Of a DNA stretch of 33,960 bases, positions 15,107-25,165 are shown piece by piece. The notes under the pieces are model-generated. The model did not search any database and was not told the origin of the DNA. It saw only the letters and a list, made by a program, of their open reading frames with translations. The stretch comes from a virus (Duplodnaviria > Caudoviricetes), in the IMG/VR virus record IMGVR_UViG_3300011339_000113, positions 1 through 33,960 of that record, one strand, 5' to 3'. Both the position numbers and the translations under genes were made by a program. Numbering within the stretch: the first letter of the stretch is position 1; each line of letters opens with the position of its first letter.

Positions 15107-16572
15107 CGGCGCTGCAATTCTTCTGTTGTAGGCTCTGCCGCCAATAGATCAGGCAATGCAACTCCCGCAGCAATTGCTGTTGCAACGTCTTTACGCAATG
15201 GGTCAAAGGCGGCAAATTTAGATCTTATCTGATCGGGTTTAAAGACAACCCCAACATCTACTAGTTTTGCAGGGCCACCGCCAGGATCAAATGTGTTTTT
15301 CAATATCAAAGCATCATGACCGCCAGCCAAAGCCTGATCAATCAAATCAGAATATGTTTGCTCTCTATATGATTTGCCGCCAAAGTCATGAACCATAGGG
15401 TTTTTGTAGCGTAATGCAACAGGCATGACGTTGCCACCTGTTTGGGTTTTTTCAATAAGAGCACGTTCATTCTTAACAGCTCTAAATTTATCTATTTCGT
15501 TTATTGCAGATTTAGCTGCATCTTCACCAACTAATTGGCTTATTTCTTTTTTTAATCCTTTGAGTTGGGCATCTGAATAACTGTTATACCAACCATAAGG
15601 CATTAATTCTTTATATTTCTTATCTAACAATTCAGCTTGCGCTTGTGGATGTTGCAAACTGTAAAATGTTTGGTTAATCTTTTCGGTCATGGTGTCTCTG
15701 GTATCACCATACTTTGCAACCAAAGATTGTGCTTCTTGCATTCTTTGTATTTCAGAATCTTCCGCAATTTGCATTTGCTTGTCGTGTTCGTTCCAATCGC
15801 CACGCTTTTCTGCTGATTTTGCTTTACGCATAGCTTCTCTGTATTCTCTAGAACCGCCAATCTGAGCATATCCAGATGCGGTTTCTGCCCCATGTCCTTG
15901 CATTGAAACTTGATTTAATTTGGCAATTTGATCATCAGGTATGCCTAATTTTTTAAGCATATCAATACTTGATTGATCTGTTGTTCTTGTCATCATTGAT
16001 GCAGGAGGATTTTGAGGGTCTCTAGCAAAGAAAAATCCTTTTTTTGCACTTTGAGCGCCAGTGGCTTCACCAAGCAAATTTGGATTAAAATTGGTTATAT
16101 CCCCAGTAGAACCGTGATACCAATCATGCTCATACCCTTGTTGCAATGATCTTGGATATGGATCTAAAGATTGACCAGTTTGCATTGCATTTTGTTTTGC
16201 TAACTCTAAAGCTGCCTCTTGTGGAGTTTTAACCGCTTTAATACTCATCCCAACAGGCATACCCTCAGTGGCGCGAATAGCACGACTCGCCAATCTACCC
16301 ACCACTGGCGCAAATGGCGCAACATTCATTAAGGCATCAGCAGTCTCAGGTTTGAGCAATGGCACATTGGCTCGGCCAATGTTGGTGAGTGGCTCACCAT
16401 ACGCCATGCGCTGAGTGGTTTTCGGAATGCCAGTAGATTCCAGCAGACCCGCCAAGCCTTGCATCTGTTGCGCTCTTTGCGGAGACTTCATCCAATCCAG
16501 ACCACCATACATGGCATCAGATAAGAGTCCCAGCAACTCGTTGCGCGGTGTGGCTTGTAGGTTGTCTGCCAT
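15079..16572 (-). CDS. Putative ejected protein with an ADP-ribosyltransferase-like (ART-PolyVal) domain
   Basis: WYHGS...F, GFFFA, ASGYA, GGNVMPVALRYKNP, GHDALIL and VVFKPDQIRSKFAAFDP. Confidence 0.7.
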   Translation of the reverse strand: MADNLQATPRNELLGLLSDAMYGGLDWMKSPQRAQQMQGLAGLLESTGIPKTTQRMAYGEPLTNIGRANVPLLKPETADALMNVAPFAPVVGRLASRAIRATEGMPVGMSIKAVKTPQEAALELAKQNAMQTGQSLDPYPRSLQQGYEHDWYHGSTGDITNFNPNLLGEATGAQSAKKGFFFARDPQNPPASMMTRTTDQSSIDMLKKLGIPDDQIAKLNQVSMQGHGAETASGYAQIGGSREYREAMRKAKSAEKRGDWNEHDKQMQIAEDSEIQRMQEAQSLVAKYGDTRDTMTEKINQTFYSLQHPQAQAELLDKKYKELMPYGWYNSYSDAQLKGLKKEISQLVGEDAAKSAINEIDKFRAVKNERALIEKTQTGGNVMPVALRYKNPMVHDFGGKSYREQTYSDLIDQALAGGHDALILKNTFDPGGGPAKLVDVGVVFKPDQIRSKFAAFDPLRKDVATAIAAGVALPDLLAAEPTTEELQRRQPASLLFP

Positions 16573-16575
16573 GAT

Positions 16576-18438
16576 TTACTGTCCTTGTGCGGCACCAATT
16601 GCAGTGCCATATCCGAGTTGAGTCGCCTTGTCACGCAATGATGTTGCCAGAGGCTGCACCTTGGTGATGTTGGCTTTTGCCATCATCATGGCGGCCATCT
16701 TAGGATCAAGCATTGCCTGCACCAGCAGCTGCTGAATCTGCTCATCAGGCAACTTGTACAGGAAGTCCAAAGGCCGCGTCATGGTACGCAGTGTGGTGTT
16801 GGTCGCCATGGACTCGCTGAACACTCGCCCGATCAGGTTACCCATGCTCATATTCTTGAACGTATCAGAGCCTGGCGCACGCACGCCTGGCGCAGTCGCT
16901 GCCATGCCACGGTTGATCTCGTCAATGATGTTATCCAAGCGCGTCTGTGCCGGCACTGACAGTTTCAGATCGAGTTCATCAGCCTTGTTTGCCAGCTGGC
17001 GGCGCAGACTACCAGCGGCCAGCACCGGCTCTTGCGTTATCAGGTTGGGCTGGCCGGTGGTGACACGGCGCTCAATCTCTTGCAGCATCTTCATCTGGTC
17101 AATGGGGCCGGACATCTTGGAATACTTGTCCATGTAGGCTTTAAAGCCTGGCGCAGATGCCTCAATCACGTCATCCACGGCGGCAATGACTTGCTTTAGC
17201 TGGCCGCTTGCAAGTCGCAGGCTTGGATTCTCTTGGTTGTACTTACCCTGCGCTGCACCGGCCAAGTCCTTGCGGATTTCGTACAACTCCATCGGAGACT
17301 TTGCGCGCGCAACTCGATCTGCCGCAAACTTCATGGCCGTTTCAACGTCCTGACGTACACCAACAGGGCTTGTCATTACATTGTTGATGGCCTGATTCAC
17401 CACCAGTTTGATGCCGCTTTGGAATGTGTCAGGGTTGACCGTCACACCCTCAAATGCAGCCTCACGCATAGGCGCTGTGACTGCCGTGCGCTTTGCCTCG
17501 GCCAGCGGGACTGAGCCAGGCTTACCAGACAGACGGCGGTATGCGTCAAGCAAAGCCTGCTGGTTGGCAGATAGGCGCGTAGCAAATGCACCTGACTGAT
17601 CCAGCGCCCTGATTGCGGTTTCTGCGGATGCCAAGCCAGGATCAAACGCTGTAGCGGCAGTCATCGGTGACACGCCAGGAACAAGCGGCTCGGCGCGGCT
17701 TAGGTTTTGTTGCGCTCGTTCTGGATTTGTCGCCAGTTTATTTAGCAGGCTTCCAATGATGGTTTCTCTGCCTGCTTGTGTGAATGGCTGCACTAAAGAC
17801 ACCGGCGCGGATAAAGCGCGTTGCGTTGTCGGCAGACTTGGCCCACCAGGGGCTACCATACCGGCTGTCAATGCGCCAGCAACTTGCGCCCATGGTGGCG
17901 CACCACCTTCGCGCAATGCACCGCTGGCAGCAGTTGCTGCTGTGGCCGCTGACGCTTGTGCTGTGGGACTTGTAGCCAGCATCTTGAGTAATTCTTGCGC
18001 TGTCTGAGACTGCGCCATGGGTAGTGCCTTTTTAGCCAGATTTGCGGCTGTTCCAACGCCATATCCAGCCGTTGCCATGTCCTGCACTACTCGCTCTTGC
18101 GCTGTCTGTGGCTCAGGCAAGCCCATGGCTGACAGCGTTTTAGGCACTGCCTGAGTCATTGTCGGCACATTGGTGCCTGCCGCCAGATTGAATAAATTGA
18201 CAGCAGGATCAACTACCAACGGCAGCATACCGCCAGCAGTCAACACTGACTGCGCCATAGGACGTACAGACAAACCCGCTTGGCGTTTCAAGTCCTCAGT
18301 CATTGACGGTGCTGGCGTTGGTGCTGGCGCTTGTAATGACCTGATGTAATCAGCCAACATCTGAGCAGATTGCGTGTCACCGGCTGCATCCGCAGCAGCT
18401 AAAGACTTGTAAAGATCGTCAATAGTTGGGTTAGCCAT
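16576..18438 (-). CDS. Internal virion / DNA ejection protein
   Basis: 620 aa, Ala/Gln-rich and helical; position after the tail genes as in podoviruses. Confidence 0.6.
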   Translation of the reverse strand: MANPTIDDLYKSLAAADAAGDTQSAQMLADYIRSLQAPAPTPAPSMTEDLKRQAGLSVRPMAQSVLTAGGMLPLVVDPAVNLFNLAAGTNVPTMTQAVPKTLSAMGLPEPQTAQERVVQDMATAGYGVGTAANLAKKALPMAQSQTAQELLKMLATSPTAQASAATAATAASGALREGGAPPWAQVAGALTAGMVAPGGPSLPTTQRALSAPVSLVQPFTQAGRETIIGSLLNKLATNPERAQQNLSRAEPLVPGVSPMTAATAFDPGLASAETAIRALDQSGAFATRLSANQQALLDAYRRLSGKPGSVPLAEAKRTAVTAPMREAAFEGVTVNPDTFQSGIKLVVNQAINNVMTSPVGVRQDVETAMKFAADRVARAKSPMELYEIRKDLAGAAQGKYNQENPSLRLASGQLKQVIAAVDDVIEASAPGFKAYMDKYSKMSGPIDQMKMLQEIERRVTTGQPNLITQEPVLAAGSLRRQLANKADELDLKLSVPAQTRLDNIIDEINRGMAATAPGVRAPGSDTFKNMSMGNLIGRVFSESMATNTTLRTMTRPLDFLYKLPDEQIQQLLVQAMLDPKMAAMMMAKANITKVQPLATSLRDKATQLGYGTAIGAAQGQ

Positions 18439-20135
18439 TACGGTTTCCTTGCTGGATATTTGTTCAATATATCTTGAATATTTATCGGTGGAGCATTAGC
18501 GCCAGGTGTTCTGACAATTGACGGTAGCTTTGCAGGCTCACCAAGTGCCTTATCCAAAGTCACTCCAGTGCTATTACCAAAGTCAATGTATTCACCACGC
18601 TTCTGGTTGTAAGCCTGACCAGCAGCCGCATACAACTCGTTTGACAATTGTTTGAAGTCTTCGCGTTGTGTAGGTGTCAGTTTCTCACCTGTCGCCCAAT
18701 TGTTGAAATAAAATTTAAGTCTGTCCATACGGCCTGATGCCGCCATCGCAATACCCAATTCAGACTCGCGTACAACAGAGCCAGGATCAAGCAATTTCAT
18801 GACCTTGGTAGCGCCAGCAACATCACCAATTGGTGAGCCTTGATCAAGTGCAGTCAGTACTTGTCCATAGGCAGACTTCATGTCGTTGAAATCTTTATAG
18901 ATCGGCTCAGACATGAATGTCTTCTTGGCGGTCATCTTGTTTTCAAATCCTTTTTGACCTGTATCAACAGTTACATTTGCTGCCGCAGACTTGCGAATTG
19001 CTTGAACATTTTCAAATGTAATTGGCATATTTGTAGCCTTGAGCAATTGAATCTCATGTGGCAAAGCCTCTGGCTTATCCAACTGACGTAAATTCTCAAG
19101 CGTGATAGGCATATTCAATGCCTTCAAATATTTAATTTTTTCAGGATCAGCCTCTGGCTTTTCAAGCAGGCGCAGATTCTCCAACGTAGGTTTCATTCCA
19201 AGTTCTGCCAACAACTTGGCTTTCTCTGTTGGCTGAGTCAATTTCAACATTTCAGGGATACCCTTGTCTGCTGACAATTGAGACAACATGGCGCGTTGCA
19301 TTGGTGTCAATACTGATGCGCCACCAGTTGCAGTGCCATCAGACGGCATCGGCTGACCGATCATCGCAGCACGTTCAACGGTTGGGCCAACTTGCATACC
19401 TGGTACTGACAAAGCCTGCTGTGGCGTGATCTCAGTACCAGCGGTAGGCTGACCCATCAAGAAGTTCTGATATGCCTGCTGCTGCGCCTGTGCGCGTTTC
19501 ATTTCATCCAGTTTCTGCTTTGTTATCAGCTGCTGGATAGCACCCTGCTGCGCCTGCTGATAACCGGCTGTGCCAGCGCCGTATGCCTCACCCAATGCCT
19601 GACCTATTGAGATGGGTTGCGTTGTCCTACCACTTGATTTAAGCAGTGAGGCTGCGGCCTGCATCATTGCTTGATTCTGGATGGCCTTTTGCTGTTTCTC
19701 TGACAGATAACCTTCCATGCCATCACCTCCACCGCCAAACAACAGGCCGCCAAGGTTATCCATAAAACTAGAGTTTGTTTGTGTATCTGCCATTTTGGGA
19801 CTCACATAAGGTTCAATTGGAATTGGTGAATTTGCAATGCGCTGATCAATTGCCTGTATTCTTCTATTGCGGTCACTGAGAACATCCACTGGTGCAACTG
19901 TTGTCATCAATGAAATAGGTGTGACATTCCCATCTCTTGAAATGTTTTCCGCATCAGATAAAGATGGGAAAGGCATTGGATAAACATATGGATTCATTGG
20001 CACAGCATTTCCATACCCTGGACGTGTATTCACATTTACGTTAAAGGCAGAAACCTCTGGATCATTGTATAAATCTTGATATTGACCATACTGCCCAAAT
20101 AATCCATTAAAGCCAGAATATAAAGAATCTGCCAT
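18438..20135 (-). CDS. Internal virion / DNA ejection protein
   Basis: 565 aa, Gln-rich; KLLDPGSVVRESE motif; short internal repeats (MPITLEN-like). Confidence 0.6.
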   Translation of the reverse strand: MADSLYSGFNGLFGQYGQYQDLYNDPEVSAFNVNVNTRPGYGNAVPMNPYVYPMPFPSLSDAENISRDGNVTPISLMTTVAPVDVLSDRNRRIQAIDQRIANSPIPIEPYVSPKMADTQTNSSFMDNLGGLLFGGGGDGMEGYLSEKQQKAIQNQAMMQAAASLLKSSGRTTQPISIGQALGEAYGAGTAGYQQAQQGAIQQLITKQKLDEMKRAQAQQQAYQNFLMGQPTAGTEITPQQALSVPGMQVGPTVERAAMIGQPMPSDGTATGGASVLTPMQRAMLSQLSADKGIPEMLKLTQPTEKAKLLAELGMKPTLENLRLLEKPEADPEKIKYLKALNMPITLENLRQLDKPEALPHEIQLLKATNMPITFENVQAIRKSAAANVTVDTGQKGFENKMTAKKTFMSEPIYKDFNDMKSAYGQVLTALDQGSPIGDVAGATKVMKLLDPGSVVRESELGIAMAASGRMDRLKFYFNNWATGEKLTPTQREDFKQLSNELYAAAGQAYNQKRGEYIDFGNSTGVTLDKALGEPAKLPSIVRTPGANAPPINIQDILNKYPARKP

Positions 20136-20143
20136 TTTTCACC

Positions 20144-20488
20144 TCATCCAAGTAAGCCGGTCATGCCGTACATCTTCATCAATTGCGCGTAGGTCAGATT
20201 GCTACCGCCTGGCAGTTGCGGCATCTGCATACCAGCAGACTTCTCTTGCCCAGCACCCAGCAGAGATATTGCCAGACCAGCATCCATGTTTGGCTTTGCA
20301 GCAGGCATCTGTCCAAAGGACTCAGGTGCTTTAACGCCAAGGCCATCACCGTAATCAGGTGACGGCATAGTCATGTCAAGGCTTGCGTTCTTTACGCCAC
20401 CATACAGGTCAAAGCCTTCACCCATCATCGGCTTACGCAAACCGCTGGCGGGATTGTTTTTCCGCAGTAAGTCTAGGTAGTTGGTCAT
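20144..20488 (-). CDS. Hypothetical protein (114 aa), probably internal virion
   Basis: Start at ATG 20488, overlapping the upstream stop; G/M/P-rich. Confidence 0.6.
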   Translation of the reverse strand: MTNYLDLLRKNNPASGLRKPMMGEGFDLYGGVKNASLDMTMPSPDYGDGLGVKAPESFGQMPAAKPNMDAGLAISLLGAGQEKSAGMQMPQLPGGSNLTYAQLMKMYGMTGLLG

Positions 20489-21213
20489 CCAAATGCTCCC
20501 AACAAACCACCAGCAGCTGCGCCCCATGGTCCGCCAAGCTGATATCCAGCCATTGCACCGCCCAATGCGCCTGATGCAACATTGCGTGACGTTGGCTGAG
20601 TCATTGTCTGACCTACGTTTGCTGGCTGCGCTGACAGTGCCGCCTGAGTGATACCAAGACGCTGCAACTCAAGGTTTCTAGCCGCGTCCAGCTGCTGCTG
20701 TGCAAATGACTGTCGGCCTAAACCTAAGTTCATGGCGGTCTGATAGCCTTGCTGATTCATGCCGCGTGCAGCCTGCGCCAGTGCAGCTGATTGGCCGTAG
20801 CCAGCAGAGCGCAACTGAGCAGACGTTCTGGCCGCAGTCTTCAGCGCCGCCTCATTGCTGAGTGCTGATTGCACAGCCTGGCGTGAACCTCCAAAGGCTT
20901 TTGCGCCAGTGGCTTGCTGTGCATCGCTCAGAGCTTGCATCTGGCGTGCCTCTTCAATATCCTTAAGCGATGTATTGACAACATCCTGCTCATAAGGATT
21001 TTGAAACGCCATGATGTCTTCAGCACCAAATGGTTTCATGCTTGCTTCGTAGGACGCTTTTTCAGCCGCCTGATACATAGGATCAAAGCCAGCAAACTCT
21101 TGTACTCCAAGATTACCGGCTGCTGTTTCAGCTTTACCTACTTGCTCTAAGTACTTGGCCTTGATCTGAGGATCAATGCTCGTTGAACTTTGTTGTGAAC
21201 CGCCTTTAGACAT
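20485..21213 (-). CDS. DNA ejection / pilot protein
   Basis: MSKGGSQQ N-terminus, NPYEQDVV, AFGGSR and a Gly/Ala-rich hydrophobic C-terminus. Confidence 0.65.
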   Translation of the reverse strand: MSKGGSQQSSTSIDPQIKAKYLEQVGKAETAAGNLGVQEFAGFDPMYQAAEKASYEASMKPFGAEDIMAFQNPYEQDVVNTSLKDIEEARQMQALSDAQQATGAKAFGGSRQAVQSALSNEAALKTAARTSAQLRSAGYGQSAALAQAARGMNQQGYQTAMNLGLGRQSFAQQQLDAARNLELQRLGITQAALSAQPANVGQTMTQPTSRNVASGALGGAMAGYQLGGPWGAAAGGLLGAFG

Positions 21214-21223
21214 ACATTACCCC

Positions 21224-22174
21224 TTAAACCGTTTGACCGTTTTCACGAATGAATTGTGTATCAGTGCCAAGCACATTAAACACCTTCATCCAGAATTTTT
21301 CCACTGGCTTGAATAGCCAGCCATACTTATTTTGACCATAGTGCCATTTCCCATAGGACACCAGTGGATCAGCAAATGTCTTTGCCACCATGAATTTGAA
21401 CAACTTTGACTCACGCATCAGCGGAACGAATACCTCTGCCAGCTTGTAGTAGCCGCGCTTGTTGCGCTCAGTGATCTTCTCATCACGGTATCGGCGTACC
21501 ACGGTGTCCATAGTGCCGTCACCGTATCTAGCCTCCAGCATGATGAAACAGCATCCAGCACCGCCACCGCCACCGGCTCCACCACCACCACCGCCTGATG
21601 CGCCACCACCATCACCACCAGACGCACCACCGCCATCACCTCCAGATGATGCACCACCGTCACCACCTGAAGATGGCCCGCCACGGCCACCACCGCCAGC
21701 ATTCATGCCACCCTCGCCAGAGCCTGAGTTTGATGCAGATTGACCTGACGGTGCGCCAGCACTCATACCCATGCCAGACATACCGCTGGCGGCAGTACCG
21801 CCAAAGCCAACGCCAGTGCCTGGTGCGCCTGGCGTGCTTCCAATTCCAATGCCCAACCCATTCGGGCCAAGCAGTGCCTGCATTATTTGTACTGCAATTG
21901 GTGGAGAGGTCAGCATTGCCATCATTGCTTTACCTATGGCCTCACCAGTAGTTCCAAGGCTTTGCGCGTTGGACTCGCCATTTGCCATCTGTGCAGCAAA
22001 TGCAGCATCACTCATTGGCGCAGTATTACCGCCAGTAGTTGGTAAATTTAATGATCTTGGAGTTACAGACAGTAAGTTAGCAGGCTGCTCAATGACATTC
22101 TGTTTCATTGTTTCCAAAGTGGATGCCGGATTAGATAAATCCAACAAGCCGTTCGGTAATTGTGTGTACGCCAT
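21224..22174 (-). CDS. Gly-rich protein with a C-terminal CFI-box-CTERM-like domain
   Basis: Long Gly/Ser linker followed by CCFIMLEARYG...VRRYRD...GYY. Confidence 0.6.
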   Translation of the reverse strand: MAYTQLPNGLLDLSNPASTLETMKQNVIEQPANLLSVTPRSLNLPTTGGNTAPMSDAAFAAQMANGESNAQSLGTTGEAIGKAMMAMLTSPPIAVQIMQALLGPNGLGIGIGSTPGAPGTGVGFGGTAASGMSGMGMSAGAPSGQSASNSGSGEGGMNAGGGGRGGPSSGGDGGASSGGDGGGASGGDGGGASGGGGGGAGGGGGAGCCFIMLEARYGDGTMDTVVRRYRDEKITERNKRGYYKLAEVFVPLMRESKLFKFMVAKTFADPLVSYGKWHYGQNKYGWLFKPVEKFWMKVFNVLGTDTQFIRENGQTV

Positions 22175-22543
22175 TTACAAGTCCTTGCACAGAATGAACC
22201 ACTTCGGCTCGTATCCCTCGCCTTTCAAGAATGTTCTCTCCCAGCCTTTACGGCCAGCGAGAGACACTCGGCTGCAACCTATTTCTTTTCCCCATGATTC
22301 GATAATAGGTCGCATCAATCGGAGTTCATCTAGGTCGCCGCCAGCAAGGAAGTAGTGCAAGTCCTTTAACTGCGGGTAGACAATGATCTCGGTAACCACC
22401 ACTGAATTCTTGCCAGGCCAGAGTTGAAACTGTTCCCGCCTGATCCCTTCAGCAATGTCCTCAACTTTATGAGTGCCGCCAGAGTATTCTAAGGCTGCTG
22501 CCACATGATGGCGCAGTCTTTCAAACTCTTCCTCTTCGCTCAA
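22175..22543 (-). CDS. GNAT-like phage protein
   Basis: WGKEIGCSRVSLAGRKGWER; typical position between tail nozzle and ejection genes. Confidence 0.6.
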   Translation of the reverse strand: MSEEEEFERLRHHVAAALEYSGGTHKVEDIAEGIRREQFQLWPGKNSVVVTEIIVYPQLKDLHYFLAGGDLDELRLMRPIIESWGKEIGCSRVSLAGRKGWERTFLKGEGYEPKWFILCKDL

Positions 22544-24024
22544 CGCTTACCCGCCGCCACTGCCTCAATCCGGTTGACACCAACCCGCCAATCTTCCAGC
22601 ACGGCACCGGTGTACCTGATCTTCACCTGACGGCCAGAGAACCGGACATCAGTCGGGATTGCAGCTGAGTATGGCCCATAGGTGTACTCAGTATCCATCG
22701 GATAAAAACGCGTCTTGAACGAAATCTGCACCTCTCCCAGCGTCTGCTCATCCGGTATCACCTGACGCACAGACATGATGTTGTCGCCGTTTCCGATCTC
22801 CATCGGGCCAGACTCAGCGTAGACAGAGCCAGAGTCATAGGCATAGCCCACTTCATGCTCATAGATGTAGCCTGATGCATCTACCATCAAAGGATTGGTA
22901 AATACTCCACGGTCAGTGCCGGCAGTACGCCCCATTACGCCAATATTCCAGTGGTTTTCACGGTAGTTAAAGGTGACATAGGAATCAACCTCATTGCTGG
23001 CGCTCGATGGATAGAACCACCAGACTTCACCATACTTGCTGTTGTGGACGGCGTAAACCTTACTGGCCTGTGCATAGTTCATGTTTTGAAAGACGTAGTC
23101 AGAGACATCGCAAGGGATAGGCTTGACATAACCGTCAAATATCCAGAATCCTGATCGAGACATCCACATGGCGGCCGTATCAATGGCGGCAACAGCTTGC
23201 GCTGAAATCACCCCGCAGCCTGCGCCTACACGCTCAAAGGAATAGACGTATGGCAGGCCGACATAGCTGGCGGTATGCACGTCAACGTCAGTAAACAAAA
23301 GATTGATGCCCCTGACACGCTTACCGCACTTCAGTGAGCCACTGCTATTGATTTCAAAGTCACCGGCCTGATTGGTTGCCAATGGTGTCCATACCGTATT
23401 ATTTTCTTGATCGCACCATTTCACTAGACGGCCATTGCTGGATGCACCAAGCGCAAACAGGAATCTTTCAGCAGTTGCATGAACTGCGGCGCAGCCAGTT
23501 GGCGCGTTGGTGATGACTGCGGCCAGTGTGGGTGTTGTGAATTCCAACTGCCACTCGTACAGCTTTCCGTCATAGTTAGAGCAGCCAACTAAATATTCAC
23601 CCCATGCGTCAAGGCTCCATGTGGTTGCAGGCGTAAATGTGTCGGATGCTGGACGCTGAATACCGTATGCAGCTGTGCCATAGGTGTTATAGCCATAACC
23701 GGTGATGACAGTAGCGTCAGCAATACCAGAAGTAAATCCGGTTGGCGTAATGTCTTTTACAACAGCAGTTGTGCCACTCATGACGTATAGCTTTGAATGC
23801 GTACCAAAGGCAGCCCAAGCAGTACCGCTATTGTCACGCCATGTCAGCAACCCACGGCACTTGCCGGTCATTGCCGTTTCTGACTTCTTGCGCCAGCCGC
23901 CAATTGGACGCAAGGTATTCTCATACCAGCGCACAAGGTTAGCGTCATACCAGCGTCCGGCAGACTGATACTCAGTACCGTTGCGGTACACGCCTGGTGG
24001 AATTTTTAAGGGTATGAGTGCCAT
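22540..24024 (-). CDS. Tail nozzle / DNA stabilization protein (P22 gp10-like)
   Basis: 494 aa, beta-rich; VGAGCG, AMWMSRSGFWIFDG and EVWWFYP. Confidence 0.7.
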   Translation of the reverse strand: MALIPLKIPPGVYRNGTEYQSAGRWYDANLVRWYENTLRPIGGWRKKSETAMTGKCRGLLTWRDNSGTAWAAFGTHSKLYVMSGTTAVVKDITPTGFTSGIADATVITGYGYNTYGTAAYGIQRPASDTFTPATTWSLDAWGEYLVGCSNYDGKLYEWQLEFTTPTLAAVITNAPTGCAAVHATAERFLFALGASSNGRLVKWCDQENNTVWTPLATNQAGDFEINSSGSLKCGKRVRGINLLFTDVDVHTASYVGLPYVYSFERVGAGCGVISAQAVAAIDTAAMWMSRSGFWIFDGYVKPIPCDVSDYVFQNMNYAQASKVYAVHNSKYGEVWWFYPSSASNEVDSYVTFNYRENHWNIGVMGRTAGTDRGVFTNPLMVDASGYIYEHEVGYAYDSGSVYAESGPMEIGNGDNIMSVRQVIPDEQTLGEVQISFKTRFYPMDTEYTYGPYSAAIPTDVRFSGRQVKIRYTGAVLEDWRVGVNRIEAVAAGKR

Positions 24025-24031
24025 GGCTTGA

Positions 24032-24697
24032 TTATGCGGTTTCTGTTGACAGATTGGACACGAATGAGACAGTCGTAATCACTGATGGAGTTGCTGGCCT
24101 TGTTGGTGATGTACCGGCGGCATAGGTTTGAATCGTCACTCCGACATTGGATACACGCCACATGATCTGTACATAGTCATTGGCAGCCATGCTGGTAAAA
24201 AAATTCAATGCAACAATGCAATGCGATGGGTCACCAGCTGCTTTTCTTGGCGGCAATCCATAGACACTGTTTGATTTTGCAATATCAGTGCCGTTTTTAC
24301 GAAACCAAATGTCAATGTCTTGCGTGTCATTAGTGGTATTTTCAACTTGAATGCTGAATTGGATGTTGTAGATTCCAGCCTGAGATACATTTAGTCTTGA
24401 CGAATTTGACAATGTCACGCCATTGCTGAAGTCGGTGGTGTCAAATGTGACGGCATAGGCCGTAGTGGTGTTGACCGCAGTCTGGTCTGTTCCATCTTGG
24501 AACGCACCATATGGATTATTGATCCACTTACCACCGCGCGGCCCGAACAGCGCCGCAAACAGCGCCGTCAGCTTGCTGAAGTAGGTGTTAAGCGCACCGA
24601 ATGACTGAGACTGAAACCTCTCGTCATAGGACGCACCAGGCGAGCCAAGATTAGGCTGCGCTGGTGTCGTGATCTGCTGACCAAGGTTAAGCGCCAT
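24032..24697 (-). CDS. Tail spike or needle protein with a C1q-like beta domain
   Basis: YGAFQD...VTFDTTD...AGIYNIQFSIQ...NDYVQI. Confidence 0.55.
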   Translation of the reverse strand: MALNLGQQITTPAQPNLGSPGASYDERFQSQSFGALNTYFSKLTALFAALFGPRGGKWINNPYGAFQDGTDQTAVNTTTAYAVTFDTTDFSNGVTLSNSSRLNVSQAGIYNIQFSIQVENTTNDTQDIDIWFRKNGTDIAKSNSVYGLPPRKAAGDPSHCIVALNFFTSMAANDYVQIMWRVSNVGVTIQTYAAGTSPTRPATPSVITTVSFVSNLSTETA

Positions 24698-24700
24698 GGA

Positions 24701-25165
24701 TTAAGCCACCAAGCCAGCCAAATAGGTAGTCTTACCGGCAACCTTGACGGCAGTTAACTCCTGCATTTTGAGATTAGATGGGTCATAGCTGACGTGTACC
24801 CAGCCAGAGTTCGGCTGACCCTGAGTGTAAAACTCCAGAATCAATTGCGTGTAGTCGCAGTTGTCCATGATCCAGTGCGCCAGATCAGGGTTGGAGATGC
24901 CCTCAATCTCAATATCGGCTGCTTGTCCCTTGCAATGGTCTGAGGTTTTCGATCCTCCGGTAGCCTGGTTTGTTTCGGGAGAGCGAAAACCGCTATTCAC
25001 CGTCACTGACTTGCCAAAGTGATCTCGCACCGGCTGTAGGACGTTCTCGCAAAGCAGCTTCAGGCTTTCAATGACGGACTCATCTGGCGTATTGTCAATG
25101 CCAAGGCGGGTTGCAGTGTCTGACTTGGTCAACTCTTTCAAAGTGAAATTGGCTGATAGATTCAT
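24701..25165 (-). CDS. Endolysin, peptidase M15 family
   Basis: NSGFRS, SDHCKGQAADI and WVHVS zinc-peptidase motifs. Confidence 0.9.
   Translation of the reverse strand: MNLSANFTLKELTKSDTATRLGIDNTPDESVIESLKLLCENVLQPVRDHFGKSVTVNSGFRSPETNQATGGSKTSDHCKGQAADIEIEGISNPDLAHWIMDNCDYTQLILEFYTQGQPNSGWVHVSYDPSNLKMQELTAVKVAGKTTYLAGLVA

Noticed and set aside
21550-21720. CCACCA/CCGCCA low-complexity repeats (also at 27570-28050) and their Pro- or His-rich antisense ORFs
   Set aside because: They are explained by poly-Gly coding on the minus strand.
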